Below, piece after piece: positions 19,075-28,429 of a stretch of DNA of 57,555 nucleotides. Positions within the stretch are counted from its first letter, which is position 1. Each line of letters opens with the position of its first letter. The notes beneath the pieces were generated by a model. That model did not search any database. It was not told the DNA's origin and saw nothing but the letters and a program-made list of their open reading frames with translations. The translations under genes and the position numbers were made by a program. The DNA comes from Promethearchaeota archaeon (lineage in GTDB: Archaea > Asgardarchaeota > Lokiarchaeia > Sigyniarchaeales > SOKP01). The stretch lies in contig JAGXOA010000169.1 of the NCBI GenBank assembly GCA_019894715.1, forward strand, positions 1 through 57,555, given 5' to 3'.

Positions 19075-19584
19075 CTAATCAAATTCTAGAACAAAACCAA
19101 ATTTCTTATTTTTATTAAATCCGAGTTTTTCATAGAATATATGAGCACTCTCTCTATTTTTCGAAGATAATAACATAATCTTATAACAATTTTTCTTTTT
19201 AGAATATTCAATAACATAATTAATAATTGATTTTGCAAAACCTTGCTTTCTATAATTTGGATGAGTAATTACATTTTCAATCAGACCATAAGGTCTAGCA
19301 CCCCTAGTTAAATTTGGAACTATCGCAAGGACACACGAAGATATGATCTTATTATCATATTCACCAATAAAAATATCAACTAGAGAATTTTGTAAGAACT
19401 CATTCCAGATATTTAATATTGTATTATTTAAGGGTAAAGAGATATCATTTGGATGCAGATGTTTATATAAATCTAATATCTCATGTAAATCATCTTCTTT
19501 TATTTTTCTAATATTCAATCTAATTCCACTTTTTCTATTTATCTCATTCTTATAATTGTCTGGTAATAATATTAATATCATCAA
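19075..19584 (-). CDS. GNAT-family N-acetyltransferase
   Basis: Acetyl-CoA-binding motif A-like RKQGFAKSIINYVIEYSKK (R/Q-x-x-G-x-A/G), and a C-terminal FYEKLGF typical of GNAT. Confidence 0.85.
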   Translation of the reverse strand: MMILILLPDNYKNEINRKSGIRLNIRKIKEDDLHEILDLYKHLHPNDISLPLNNTILNIWNEFLQNSLVDIFIGEYDNKIISSCVLAIVPNLTRGARPYGLIENVITHPNYRKQGFAKSIINYVIEYSKKKNCYKIMLLSSKNRESAHIFYEKLGFNKNKKFGFVLEFD

Positions 19585-20185
19585 AAAAGATAATAAAAAT
19601 ATTAATGTTTGTTATAAATTTTTATTAAAAATCATTCATCGTAATAAATAGACCAAGAATTAAATTACTAACAATTCTTAACACACCATCTCTTTATATA
19701 AGATCTTCTCTCTTTTCAATATATCTAATAAAACATCATATTCAAAGTATATTAAAAAGATAATATTAAATAAAGACTAGCATTGGAATTTTGATATTAT
19801 TGTAAGAGGATTTCCTTCATTTGTGAAATAATATTCTCATTTCGAGAAAAATGATCATGAGCTCTCATCTATCATAGTTAGACTGAGACGACCTCATGAA
19901 TGGTAAAGTAGTCGGAGATGATTCCTTTGGGAATTTATTCGATAGAGGTAACTGGTTTTGGCCTGTAAGAATAAGGGACAAGATCCAAACTTCGTATGAA
20001 CAAATTTTAGTAAAAAAGTTAATATTATTTAACATTTTTACTATTTTTGAAACCTGAACTAAAATAAAAAAATTATTTCTTTTATTTCAGAATTATCAAA
20101 TATATCACATAAAAAAGCCTTTAGATATTTTTTTTTTGGATTCAATTCATAGATGAATCAATTATCACTATTTGATTTTAAAATT

Positions 20186-20342
20186 TGTATCATATAAACA
20201 AAAGGTAACCAATAATTCATCATAATACTACCGTAGGGACTACGGGACGTCAATCATTTGGAGAAACTGTAAGACTCAAGTAATACATTGAGCTCTTTTC
20301 GATGAATTATGAATCCAACACCTTTAGGTGATGGTAGTCCAA
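20186..20342 (+). ncRNA. TnpB-less omega-RNA-like module (IS200/IS605 right-end derivative, MITE-like)
   Basis: About 83% identical by eye over ~138 nt to the reverse complement of 47157-47297. Conserved hairpins are ccgtag-gga-ctacgg, ctcaa-N9-ttgag and ccaacacc-ttta-ggtgatgg, and it ends ggtagtccaa. No adjacent tnpB. The left-end hairpin is deleted relative to the 47157 copy. Confidence 0.55.
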
Positions 20343-20396
20343 GAAAATACTAACTAAGAAGAATATAGACTATAAAAAAAGAGGGAAAAATAAAAA

Positions 20397-21350
20397 TTAA
20401 AAATTTGAATAAACAATAAATTTCTTATCTGAACCAATGGAATAGATTTCAAAAGATTTACCTTTTTTGGTTTCACAGAACATCTGAATCATTGGAAATA
20501 AAAAGATTTTTGTCTCTATTTTTGTATCCATATCTTTTTCATAGGTTTTATAATCAGATCCAGCATTGTTAATAGTTTTCTTAATATTTTTATTCCAGTA
20601 TCCTAATGATGCTTCCGCTTTGTTTGACATTTCCTTGAAATCATTAAATCTTATTCCTTCTACTTGGTCAATAAGTTGATGGAGGTCTTTTTCTATTTCT
20701 TTTTCATATTTAGTTTTTGCACTGCTATTTAGTACAGGTTGACCAGAAACAACTCGTTTAAACGGAACTGCCTTAATATTATAAGTATAAAGATTTTTAT
20801 TACCATTACATTCTTTACATTTTTCTTTGAATTTCCCTATTCCATAACAATTATCACAAGGATATCCAAAGTCTTTCTTTACTTTATTTTTTTCCTCATC
20901 CTCGAGTACTGTTATTTTTGTAGAGATTTTTCCTTTTCCATCACAAGCCTTACATTTTGATTCATGATAACCTTGACCATTACATTTTTGACAAGGTTTA
21001 GTTTTTATTGTGTTGTAAAATGGGACTAAATCTTCTCCATCCCAATTATCTTTAATAACATCTTTCTTAAATGTATAAAAGATAATTCTACTAACTCGAT
21101 CTGCTTTTACAGTTTCTTCTTTTTCTCCTTCCTTTACAGGTTCTATAGATCTTTTAATTGCAAAATAGATTGCTGCTTCTTTCATTGTGTCTTTTACTGT
21201 TTCTGCAGCAGATATGATATCAGTAGAAAAAACTGCACCTTTAGTTCCAAATTCTTTTTCTAATCTTTTTCGATTTTTTCGATTTGTTTCTTGTTTCCAT
21301 TTTTCAAAAATAGTATCCGAATTTGGAGTTTTTATAACAACATCAGGCAT
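20397..21350 (-). CDS. Protein with a DnaJ-type CxxCxGxG x4 zinc-finger domain and no J domain; function unknown
   Basis: CQKCNGQG, CKACDGKG, CDNCYGIG and CKECNGNK form four repeats in the spacing of the DnaJ cysteine-rich domain. Flanking regions are unrecognised. Confidence 0.6.
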   Translation of the reverse strand: MPDVVIKTPNSDTIFEKWKQETNRKNRKRLEKEFGTKGAVFSTDIISAAETVKDTMKEAAIYFAIKRSIEPVKEGEKEETVKADRVSRIIFYTFKKDVIKDNWDGEDLVPFYNTIKTKPCQKCNGQGYHESKCKACDGKGKISTKITVLEDEEKNKVKKDFGYPCDNCYGIGKFKEKCKECNGNKNLYTYNIKAVPFKRVVSGQPVLNSSAKTKYEKEIEKDLHQLIDQVEGIRFNDFKEMSNKAEASLGYWNKNIKKTINNAGSDYKTYEKDMDTKIETKIFLFPMIQMFCETKKGKSFEIYSIGSDKKFIVYSNF

Positions 21351-21512
21351 AATTCTTCAATTTTATAATTGTATTATTTTACTTTTATTAGTATTGTTAA
21401 AATTTAGCAATACATTTTAATTACATATATTTATTTTAAGATAAATAATTTTAAGTAGTTTAACTATATTTTTTATTATAAGAAAATAAAAATTTTGAAA
21501 TTAATTAAAATC

Positions 21513-21674
21513 ATGTCAGAAGAAGAAAAGCAATCAGTAGAATTTTTTTTACAATGGATTCAAAATGGAGGATTATCGCAATGGATAGAACATTATTTAA
21601 ATGAAGGAGACGAGGTAAAACTTAAAGAAATTAAAGGACTCTATGATCAAATAAAACAAATTTTTGGATTCTAA
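21513..21674 (+). CDS. Possible small protein (53 aa), below the ORF-track cutoff
   Basis: An ATG at 21513 opens MSEEEKQSVEFFLQWIQNGGLSQWIEHYLNEGDEVKLKEIKGLYDQIKQIFGF* (stop 21672-21674). It lies in a 500-bp gap, runs in the same direction as the downstream helicase, and has protein-like composition. Confidence 0.3.
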   Translation: MSEEEKQSVEFFLQWIQNGGLSQWIEHYLNEGDEVKLKEIKGLYDQIKQIFGF

Positions 21675-21853
21675 TAATATCTTTTCTTATTATATTGATT
21701 AATCTAATGTTCTAATTGAATTTATTTATATATTTTAATTTCAACTAAATCTAATATTGAAATATCTGTTTATAGTCGAGAGAAAATAAAATCTTTAACC
21801 AATATAACATTATAAAACTCAAGTAAATAGTTACTTTCGTAATTCTTTTAAGG

Positions 21854-24523
21854 ATGAAAGTTATTCAGAAGAATTTTTTTATAGTTATAAATAGGAACCT
21901 TAAAGATAAGGTAGAGTCAAAGTTTAATGTTAATTTCTTTTATATTAAATCTTTAAACAACGCAAAAAAAAAGTCCTTTTCTTATGTATCTAGACCATTT
22001 TTTAACGGAAGTGTTATTTTGGGATTAGATTTTAAAAATAAACTAAGTACACTAAAATTTGATAAAATCTCCCCAGATGGAACTATTAATCCTGTAGAAC
22101 CAAAATTATTTAAAAAATTTTTATTATCTGAATATAATATATATATAGCATTTTCAAGTATAGACTCTATTGAATTACAACCGATTTTTGAAATGCTTAA
22201 TAATTTGCAATTTCAAAAAGAAAAAATAATAAAATTAACTTTTTGCGAATCATGTTTAGAAAAAAGAGAATTTAAGATATTAAATAAAGGACATCAAATT
22301 AAAGCTTTAAACAATCAAATAATATGTTCAAAATGTGCTATGGATATAATTTTACATCGGGCAGAAATAAGAAATCTTTTTTCAGCGAATAAACTGAATC
22401 CAAAATTAAAGAATTTTTTTACACATCTTATTTTAAAATTTAAAGACGTAAAAAAAGTTTTAGAATCTTTTAAGCCTGATTTTAATCCAATTAAAAACAA
22501 TGAAATTACACTTTATGACATAGAAAAAGAAATACCTGTAAGTAAAAAATATCTAGAATTTAATATAAATGATCTTAATATCTCTAATTCATTTAAAAAA
22601 GTCTTAAATAAGAATAATATTATAAAACTTTTACCTATTCAAGCAATTTCTGTTGATAAAGGTCTTATCTCGGATAAAGTAAATCAATTAATTATGGCTC
22701 CAACTTCTGGTGGAAAGACATTAATTGGAGAATTAGCAGGAGTTAATAAATTAATTAAAAATCTTAATAAAAAGATGTTATATTTAGTCCCTATTGTAGC
22801 ATTAGCAAATATAAGAGAATTAGAATTTAAAAAAAAATATAGAACTCTAGACCTAAAAATAATTAAGAAAGTGGGAGAATCATTATTAGAAAAAAAGATT
22901 AGTAAAAATTTAGACAATTTAACTGGGGCAAATATCATTGTTGCTACTTATGAAGCAATTGATTATATTTTAAGAAGTGGAAATAAAGATATGTTAGGAG
23001 ATGTCTCAACTATAATAATTGATGAAATCCAAACCTTAATAGATCCCGAAAGAGGTTTTCTTGTAGATGGATTAATTGCCAGGTTAAAATCACTATATAA
23101 AGATGCTCAATACTTATATCTTAGTGCCACTATTGGAGAACCAGAAATTCTAGCAAAAAAATTGGATTGTAAATTAGTGCGTTATAGAAATCGTCCAGTT
23201 CCAATAGAAAGACATTTAATTTTATGTCAAAATGAGAATAAAAAATTGAATTATATTTACAATCTGATAAAAGCTGCATTTTCAAAAAAATCAAGATATG
23301 GATTTCGAGGACAATCAATAATATTTACTCATGCGAGAAAAAAATGTGAATCTATTACAATATATCTTAGAAATAAAGGATTAAACATGAGATCATATCA
23401 CTCAGGATTAACAAGTGAAGAAAGAAAAATTATAGAAATAGAATTTCAAACTCAAAAGATTGCTGGAGTTGTCGCTACAGCTGCTTTAGCCGCAGGTGTT
23501 GACCTTCCAGCTAGTCAAGTAATTTTTGAATCCCTTGCTATGGGTATAAAATGGTTATCTGTAGCTGATTTCGAACAAATGCTTGGTAGGGCAGGAAGAC
23601 TTAAAAAACATGAATTAGGTAAAGTATATTTACTTGTTCAACCAGAAAAGAAATATAATCCAAGAATGGACATTTCAGAAGAGAATATTGCAATAAGCCT
23701 TCTTAATGGAAAAATAAAGGACTTTGAATTAGAACCAAATGATAATAGATCTGTTACTGAATTATTAGCGTTTATTTCCACGTATTCTAAAGGAGTATCT
23801 AGAGAACAAATAGAAATGTTTTATAAGGATTTGATAAATGGAGATTATGAATTAAATTCTTTAATAAAAAAACTTCTTAATAAAAAATTGATTCATAAAA
23901 AAGAAAATTATAGTTTAAAATCAACTAAATTGGGAAATGCTATAACGAAATCATTTTTAACGATAGAGCAAGGTATTGAAATAATCGATATGATAAAAAA
24001 GAAAAAACACACACTGAAAGAAATTGTATTAAACCTAAGATCTTTAAGAAATGTATATCTATCTAAAAAAATTGCAGCAGATCTTTCCAGAAACGTGAAT
24101 ATGAAATATTTTTCAAATAATTTTTTTAGTGCAAGTGTTTTGTCACTGATGGATGCTGAATATGTAAAAAAAAGAAAGAAGTTTTCTCAAGAATTTATAA
24201 ATCTTATAATTAAATGGATAAATGATATTTTTACTTGCTCTTGTAAGGATAACCCTTATTGTGGATGTGGAATATTAAATCTTGAAAAAATAATTCTTGA
24301 TTTGAGAACTATTGATAATTTTTCAATTGAAGAAATTTATGAATATTTAGATGAAAATTATAGTATACTAATATTTAAAGGTGATTTAGTTGATTATCTT
24401 GAAAATTTAATATACTCTTTTGAAAGTATCAAAAATATTGCAGAAGGAATTACTAATTTAGATAATTCTTATAAAATTGAATTAATAGAGATTCCTAAGA
24501 TTATTGAAAAAATAAAAGGTTAG
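21854..24523 (+). CDS. Ski2/Hel308-like superfamily-2 DEAD/DEAH helicase with an N-terminal zinc-ribbon extension
   Basis: Motif I is MAPTSGGKTLIGELA, motif II is IIIDEIQ, motif III is SAT. Also YHSGLTSEERKIIEIEFQ, ATAALAAGVDLPA and motif VI QMLGRAGR. N-terminal CESC...CSKC and C-terminal CSCKDNPYCGCG clusters. Confidence 0.88.
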   Translation: MKVIQKNFFIVINRNLKDKVESKFNVNFFYIKSLNNAKKKSFSYVSRPFFNGSVILGLDFKNKLSTLKFDKISPDGTINPVEPKLFKKFLLSEYNIYIAFSSIDSIELQPIFEMLNNLQFQKEKIIKLTFCESCLEKREFKILNKGHQIKALNNQIICSKCAMDIILHRAEIRNLFSANKLNPKLKNFFTHLILKFKDVKKVLESFKPDFNPIKNNEITLYDIEKEIPVSKKYLEFNINDLNISNSFKKVLNKNNIIKLLPIQAISVDKGLISDKVNQLIMAPTSGGKTLIGELAGVNKLIKNLNKKMLYLVPIVALANIRELEFKKKYRTLDLKIIKKVGESLLEKKISKNLDNLTGANIIVATYEAIDYILRSGNKDMLGDVSTIIIDEIQTLIDPERGFLVDGLIARLKSLYKDAQYLYLSATIGEPEILAKKLDCKLVRYRNRPVPIERHLILCQNENKKLNYIYNLIKAAFSKKSRYGFRGQSIIFTHARKKCESITIYLRNKGLNMRSYHSGLTSEERKIIEIEFQTQKIAGVVATAALAAGVDLPASQVIFESLAMGIKWLSVADFEQMLGRAGRLKKHELGKVYLLVQPEKKYNPRMDISEENIAISLLNGKIKDFELEPNDNRSVTELLAFISTYSKGVSREQIEMFYKDLINGDYELNSLIKKLLNKKLIHKKENYSLKSTKLGNAITKSFLTIEQGIEIIDMIKKKKHTLKEIVLNLRSLRNVYLSKKIAADLSRNVNMKYFSNNFFSASVLSLMDAEYVKKRKKFSQEFINLIIKWINDIFTCSCKDNPYCGCGILNLEKIILDLRTIDNFSIEEIYEYLDENYSILIFKGDLVDYLENLIYSFESIKNIAEGITNLDNSYKIELIEIPKIIEKIKG

Positions 24524-24543
24524 AAGTTTTAGAATTACTCATA

Positions 24544-25728
24544 TTACATTGTATGTATTTCAATTATATCATTATCAATTATAGAATATTCTAATCCTAC
24601 TTTTTTACGATTTTGTCTAGCATTTTTTCTCATGACGATTGCAAAATCAAATAATTCAACAAAAGATCTATGGATTTTATGAGCTACATCTTTGATAATT
24701 GCTCCTTTATCTAAGATTAAAGGTCTCTCAGCTACTTTACCTGAATTCATAGTATAAACTCTTATTTTATTTAGTAGATTTAATACAAGTTCCCCAAAAT
24801 TAGGGGGAAAATTTTTTTTATGTATACTTGAAGCAATTAATTTGAAATCTTGAGAAAATTTAGACTTTAATATTTCAAATCTTTCTTCAGTGTGGGGAAG
24901 ATCTCCTTTTGTGCCTATAATAATTGCTTTTTTATAGACTATTGAAGGATTTAACCTATCAACAATTTGATCTAATGTAATTTTGCCATTTAGTTTTACA
25001 ATACAATTTTGAATTCCATTTTCTTGAATAATTTTTTTAATCTTGTCTGTTAAATCCATATTTTCTTTGGATTCTTTTGTCAAAAATAAGACCTGAATAT
25101 TATTTGAACCTGTTTTTTCAATATTAATTGTAGGTAAAGGTTCATTGATTTTAATATCAGCATTATTAAGTTCATAAAGTAGTAGTTCTATTTGCTCCTC
25201 AATACTTCTTGATAAATCAACACACATACAAATGAGATCACATGAGCGAATTTGTGATATTATTTCTTTACCATTTCCTACACCCTTAGAAGCATCTTTC
25301 ATAATAGAGGGCATATCAACAATTTGATATCTGATATTTTGGTAATTTAAAATCCCTATTTCAGGGAGAGCATTAAAACTCCCAATTTTACTCTTAGCAG
25401 CATTTGTTAAGAAATTTAATAGTGAAGTTTTTCCAACTCCTGGTGTATGATAATCACTGATTAGAATTATTTGGATCCCTTCCTTTTTAATTGAGAAAGG
25501 GCTGACAACTTTACTAATTGATTTTTGATTATTTTTATCTAATTGCCTTCTAAGTTTCGCAAGTTTAGATTTATTTAGTGCAACAATATTTTCTGTTGCT
25601 TTGTGTTTAGGTATTAAAGATATAAACTCTTCAAGATGTTTAATTTGTTCTTCTAGAGATTCGGCATCTAAATACTTTTGATATGCAGCTTGTGCTTCAG
25701 GGCCTATATTAGATGACAAAAAAATCAC
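24544..25728 (-). CDS. Divergent DRG/Rbg-family (Obg-like) GTPase with a C-terminal TGS domain
   Basis: KHKATENIVALNKSKLAKLRRQL resembles DRG KNKATE..LG.LKAKLAKLRREL. The P-loop is TPGVGKTSLLNFLT. G3 reads DMPS instead of DLPG. G4 is TKGD. TGS-like IRVYTMNSGKVAERPLILDKGAIIKDVAHKIH... Confidence 0.75.
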   Translation of the reverse strand: MIFLSSNIGPEAQAAYQKYLDAESLEEQIKHLEEFISLIPKHKATENIVALNKSKLAKLRRQLDKNNQKSISKVVSPFSIKKEGIQIILISDYHTPGVGKTSLLNFLTNAAKSKIGSFNALPEIGILNYQNIRYQIVDMPSIMKDASKGVGNGKEIISQIRSCDLICMCVDLSRSIEEQIELLLYELNNADIKINEPLPTINIEKTGSNNIQVLFLTKESKENMDLTDKIKKIIQENGIQNCIVKLNGKITLDQIVDRLNPSIVYKKAIIIGTKGDLPHTEERFEILKSKFSQDFKLIASSIHKKNFPPNFGELVLNLLNKIRVYTMNSGKVAERPLILDKGAIIKDVAHKIHRSFVELFDFAIVMRKNARQNRKKVGLEYSIIDNDIIEIHTM

Positions 25729-25737
25729 TCTTGGTAT

Positions 25738-26199
25738 CTAAAATATTGATCTAAATCTATCTTCTGTTTTTAGTTTTAAATCTCCTAAAATATTATCAAT
25801 TCTTTCTGTAAATTGTTTTTCAAAAAATTTCTTTTTTTTAGAAAAAATATCATTAATAGAAAATCGATTTAAGAAATGTTTATTGATTTCTATTAGATGT
25901 TTTTTAACAACATCAGTATCTGTTTCTTTTTCAATAATTGCATAATAAAGTAATGGTTGTTTGTCATCACTTTCATTATAAAGAGGTAATGAGATGGATT
26001 CTGAATAACATACCAATTTAAAGGATGCAAGTGATACGACGTTAATATCATCACCAAAAACTTCAGAAGTGAAACTTTCTAAAGCAGAAAGAAATCCTGC
26101 TCTTAAATCTGGATCTAATGGATTTTCTGAAGCGGAGTAATATTGAATTTCAAAGATATTCTTGTTTCCTAGATTAATTCCGATTTCGAGAACAGCCAT
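25738..26199 (-). CDS. Small longin/roadblock-like domain protein
   Basis: 153 aa. LRAGFLSALESFTSEVFGDDINVVSLASFKLVCY...LLYYAIIEKETD...VKKHLIEINKHF has the same beta-beta-alpha-beta-beta-alpha layout as the cytosolic domain of 1996..5583. It stops 9 nt upstream of the GTPase start. Confidence 0.5.
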   Translation of the reverse strand: MAVLEIGINLGNKNIFEIQYYSASENPLDPDLRAGFLSALESFTSEVFGDDINVVSLASFKLVCYSESISLPLYNESDDKQPLLYYAIIEKETDTDVVKKHLIEINKHFLNRFSINDIFSKKKKFFEKQFTERIDNILGDLKLKTEDRFRSIF

Positions 26200-26314
26200 A
26201 GTCGATGTAAATATTTTATTGAAAAATATAATTAATTTTTTTCTATAATTATAGAATCTATATAAGTTATAAGATAAAATTATGTTTAAAATTTTTTTTT
26301 TATGAATAATTTAC

Positions 26315-27175
26315 TTATTTAGTAGATTTTTGGTTTGCATATGCTATTAAAGTATTCTGCAATAATGAATTAATAGTCATTGGGCCTACACCACCAGGAG
26401 AGGGTGTAATTTTGCTACATTTATCCAAGACATCTTCAAAATCAACATCACCACATAATTTTCCATCAATTCTATTGGTACCAACATCAATAATAATTGC
26501 TCCTTCTTTTATTTTTTCTTTTGTTATATATTTAGGTTGTCCAACTGCTACAATAAGTACATCTGCTCTCCGTATATGTGATTCTATATCAATAGTAGAG
26601 GTATGACAAACTGTTACGGTTGCATTTCTTTTTAAGAGCATAAAAATTAATGGTTTACCAACAAGGATAGAACGATTCACTATTACCGCATTTTTCCCTT
26701 TTAACTCAACGTTATAATGTTCTAATAATCTAATAATTCCTTTAGGAGTACAAGCGACTAATTCTTCATTATAATCAAAAAGTTTTCCTCTATTTATTGG
26801 ATGAAAACCATCAACATCTTTGTAAGGATTAATAGTTTCTATAAATTCAGAAGTATATTTTCCTAATTCATGAGGTAATGGTAATTGTAGCAAAATACCA
26901 TGAATAGAATTATCATTATTTAAACTATCTATTTTATCCAATAATTCTTGTTTGGATATATCTGCTGGTAGGTGAATCATAACAGAGGAAATACCTACCT
27001 CAGCACAAGTCTTATGTTTAATATTTACATATACCTTTGAACCTGGATCGTCTCCAACTAAGATTGTAGCTAATTTTGGTCTTATTTTATTATTATCTAC
27101 TAATAGTTCAATTTTATCCTTTAGCTCTAAATTTAGTTCATTGGCAAGTTTCTTGCCATCAAGTATCTTATTCAT
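26315..27175 (-). CDS. folD: Bifunctional methylenetetrahydrofolate dehydrogenase / methenyl-THF cyclohydrolase
   Basis: ILDGKKLA..., LATILVGDDPGSKVYVNIKHKTCAEVGI, HGILLQLPLP, GVGPMT: canonical FolD blocks. Confidence 0.94.
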   Translation of the reverse strand: MNKILDGKKLANELNLELKDKIELLVDNNKIRPKLATILVGDDPGSKVYVNIKHKTCAEVGISSVMIHLPADISKQELLDKIDSLNNDNSIHGILLQLPLPHELGKYTSEFIETINPYKDVDGFHPINRGKLFDYNEELVACTPKGIIRLLEHYNVELKGKNAVIVNRSILVGKPLIFMLLKRNATVTVCHTSTIDIESHIRRADVLIVAVGQPKYITKEKIKEGAIIIDVGTNRIDGKLCGDVDFEDVLDKCSKITPSPGGVGPMTINSLLQNTLIAYANQKSTK

Positions 27176-27181
27176 CGCAAA

Positions 27182-28288
27182 TCAGATTTGTCTTCGTTTC
27201 CATAAAAAGAATAATAATCCAACAACAACGCCAATTACCACTAAAATAGCTAAGAGAATAACCCAATTAAATTCTACAATCCCAATTTCATTATTCAATG
27301 AACCAAGTGCATTAAGTACGCTAAGAATTCTATAAGCATTATATGAACTTATAATAGACGAGTTTTGAACACCACTCTCCGCAGAAGGATCAGAGAATCC
27401 ACCATCAAGTATGTTTTGGCGATCTAAAATCCAATTTATAGTTGAATCTCTGTCATTATATTCTGGATTTGGTATCATTGATATTAATTTAATACTATAA
27501 TAGGTACTCCAAATTACTGTTTGTGTTAGAGCAAGATCAGGTCTATACCCACCATTAGAAAGATAAAAATCCTTAGCATATTGAGTAATATTATCTTTGT
27601 TAGTAGATGTCAAATTATCATAACTATTCAAGTTATCAAGAGCAAGAGCAGCATAATATGTAGGTGATAAATCTGAAATACTAGTAGAATTTCCGCCAAA
27701 TCCACCATCAGAATTATTGCATGTTAATAACCAATTCACATGTATTAATTCATTATCCAATATCTCATTAATCAATTCATAATTTTTAATTCCATAAAAT
27801 GTTGATATAACAGTTGGAGTGGATGTTGTGTTTTTCATAGTAAATCCACCTGTGATTTGTGCTGTCTGGTTAATATAATCTATAATTTTTCCGTTTAAAC
27901 TACTATTTGATGTGATTATATCATCTATTTGTCCTAGGATATTTAATGAGCTTAATAGATAATATAAATCATGAAGATCAATTGTTTGATATTCAAATAA
28001 ATAATATATTGCTTTTCCAAGATTTTCTGCCAATAATACTGGATCTACATGGATATTCATTTGATTAAAATCACTAAGCATATCTAATGCATAATAGGTT
28101 GCTTCATAAGAAATAGAACCACTAAATTCGATAGCATTTGTAAATCCTTCAGATTCGGAAATCCTATTATTTGAGATAAAATCTATCAAATAATTACTCC
28201 TTAATTTTGCTGATGACAAAGGAGTTATTATAAATAATGATAATAATGTAAGGCATATCAATAATTTTTTAGTATGTGTCGTTTTCAA
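27182..28288 (-). CDS. Secreted, C-terminally membrane-anchored protein with prenyltransferase/terpene-cyclase-like (alpha-alpha toroid) repeats
   Basis: Signal peptide (LLICLTLLSLFIITPLSSA). Repeated GGF/DGGF motifs (TGGFTM, SDGGFGG, SNGGYRP, LDGGFSD). C-terminal TM WVILLAILVVIGVVVGLLFFLW followed by KRR. Confidence 0.6.
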   Translation of the reverse strand: MKTTHTKKLLICLTLLSLFIITPLSSAKLRSNYLIDFISNNRISESEGFTNAIEFSGSISYEATYYALDMLSDFNQMNIHVDPVLLAENLGKAIYYLFEYQTIDLHDLYYLLSSLNILGQIDDIITSNSSLNGKIIDYINQTAQITGGFTMKNTTSTPTVISTFYGIKNYELINEILDNELIHVNWLLTCNNSDGGFGGNSTSISDLSPTYYAALALDNLNSYDNLTSTNKDNITQYAKDFYLSNGGYRPDLALTQTVIWSTYYSIKLISMIPNPEYNDRDSTINWILDRQNILDGGFSDPSAESGVQNSSIISSYNAYRILSVLNALGSLNNEIGIVEFNWVILLAILVVIGVVVGLLFFLWKRRQI

Positions 28289-28429
28289 TCTAGTAAAACC
28301 TTATTTATCTTTCAAAAATTAATCTTTTTAAATTTAGCTTTAAATTAAAAATTAACTAATAAATAACCATCATGACAACTTATTGGTTTAATTTTAATTT
28401 ATAAAAAAGAAAAAATATCAAATAATGAT

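Noticed and set aside
19850-19886. Possible C/D-box sRNA (atgatca ... ctga).
   Set aside because: The C box is imperfect, box spacing is too short for guide regions, and no terminal stem or C'/D' boxes are visible.
19896-20057. 53-codon ORF ([29 protein letters not shown]...) inside the GC-rich island.
   Set aside because: The second half is low-complexity Ile/Leu/Phe/Lys. The frame is probably incidental to a pseudogene fragment or RNA. It is reported only as part of the GC-island finding.
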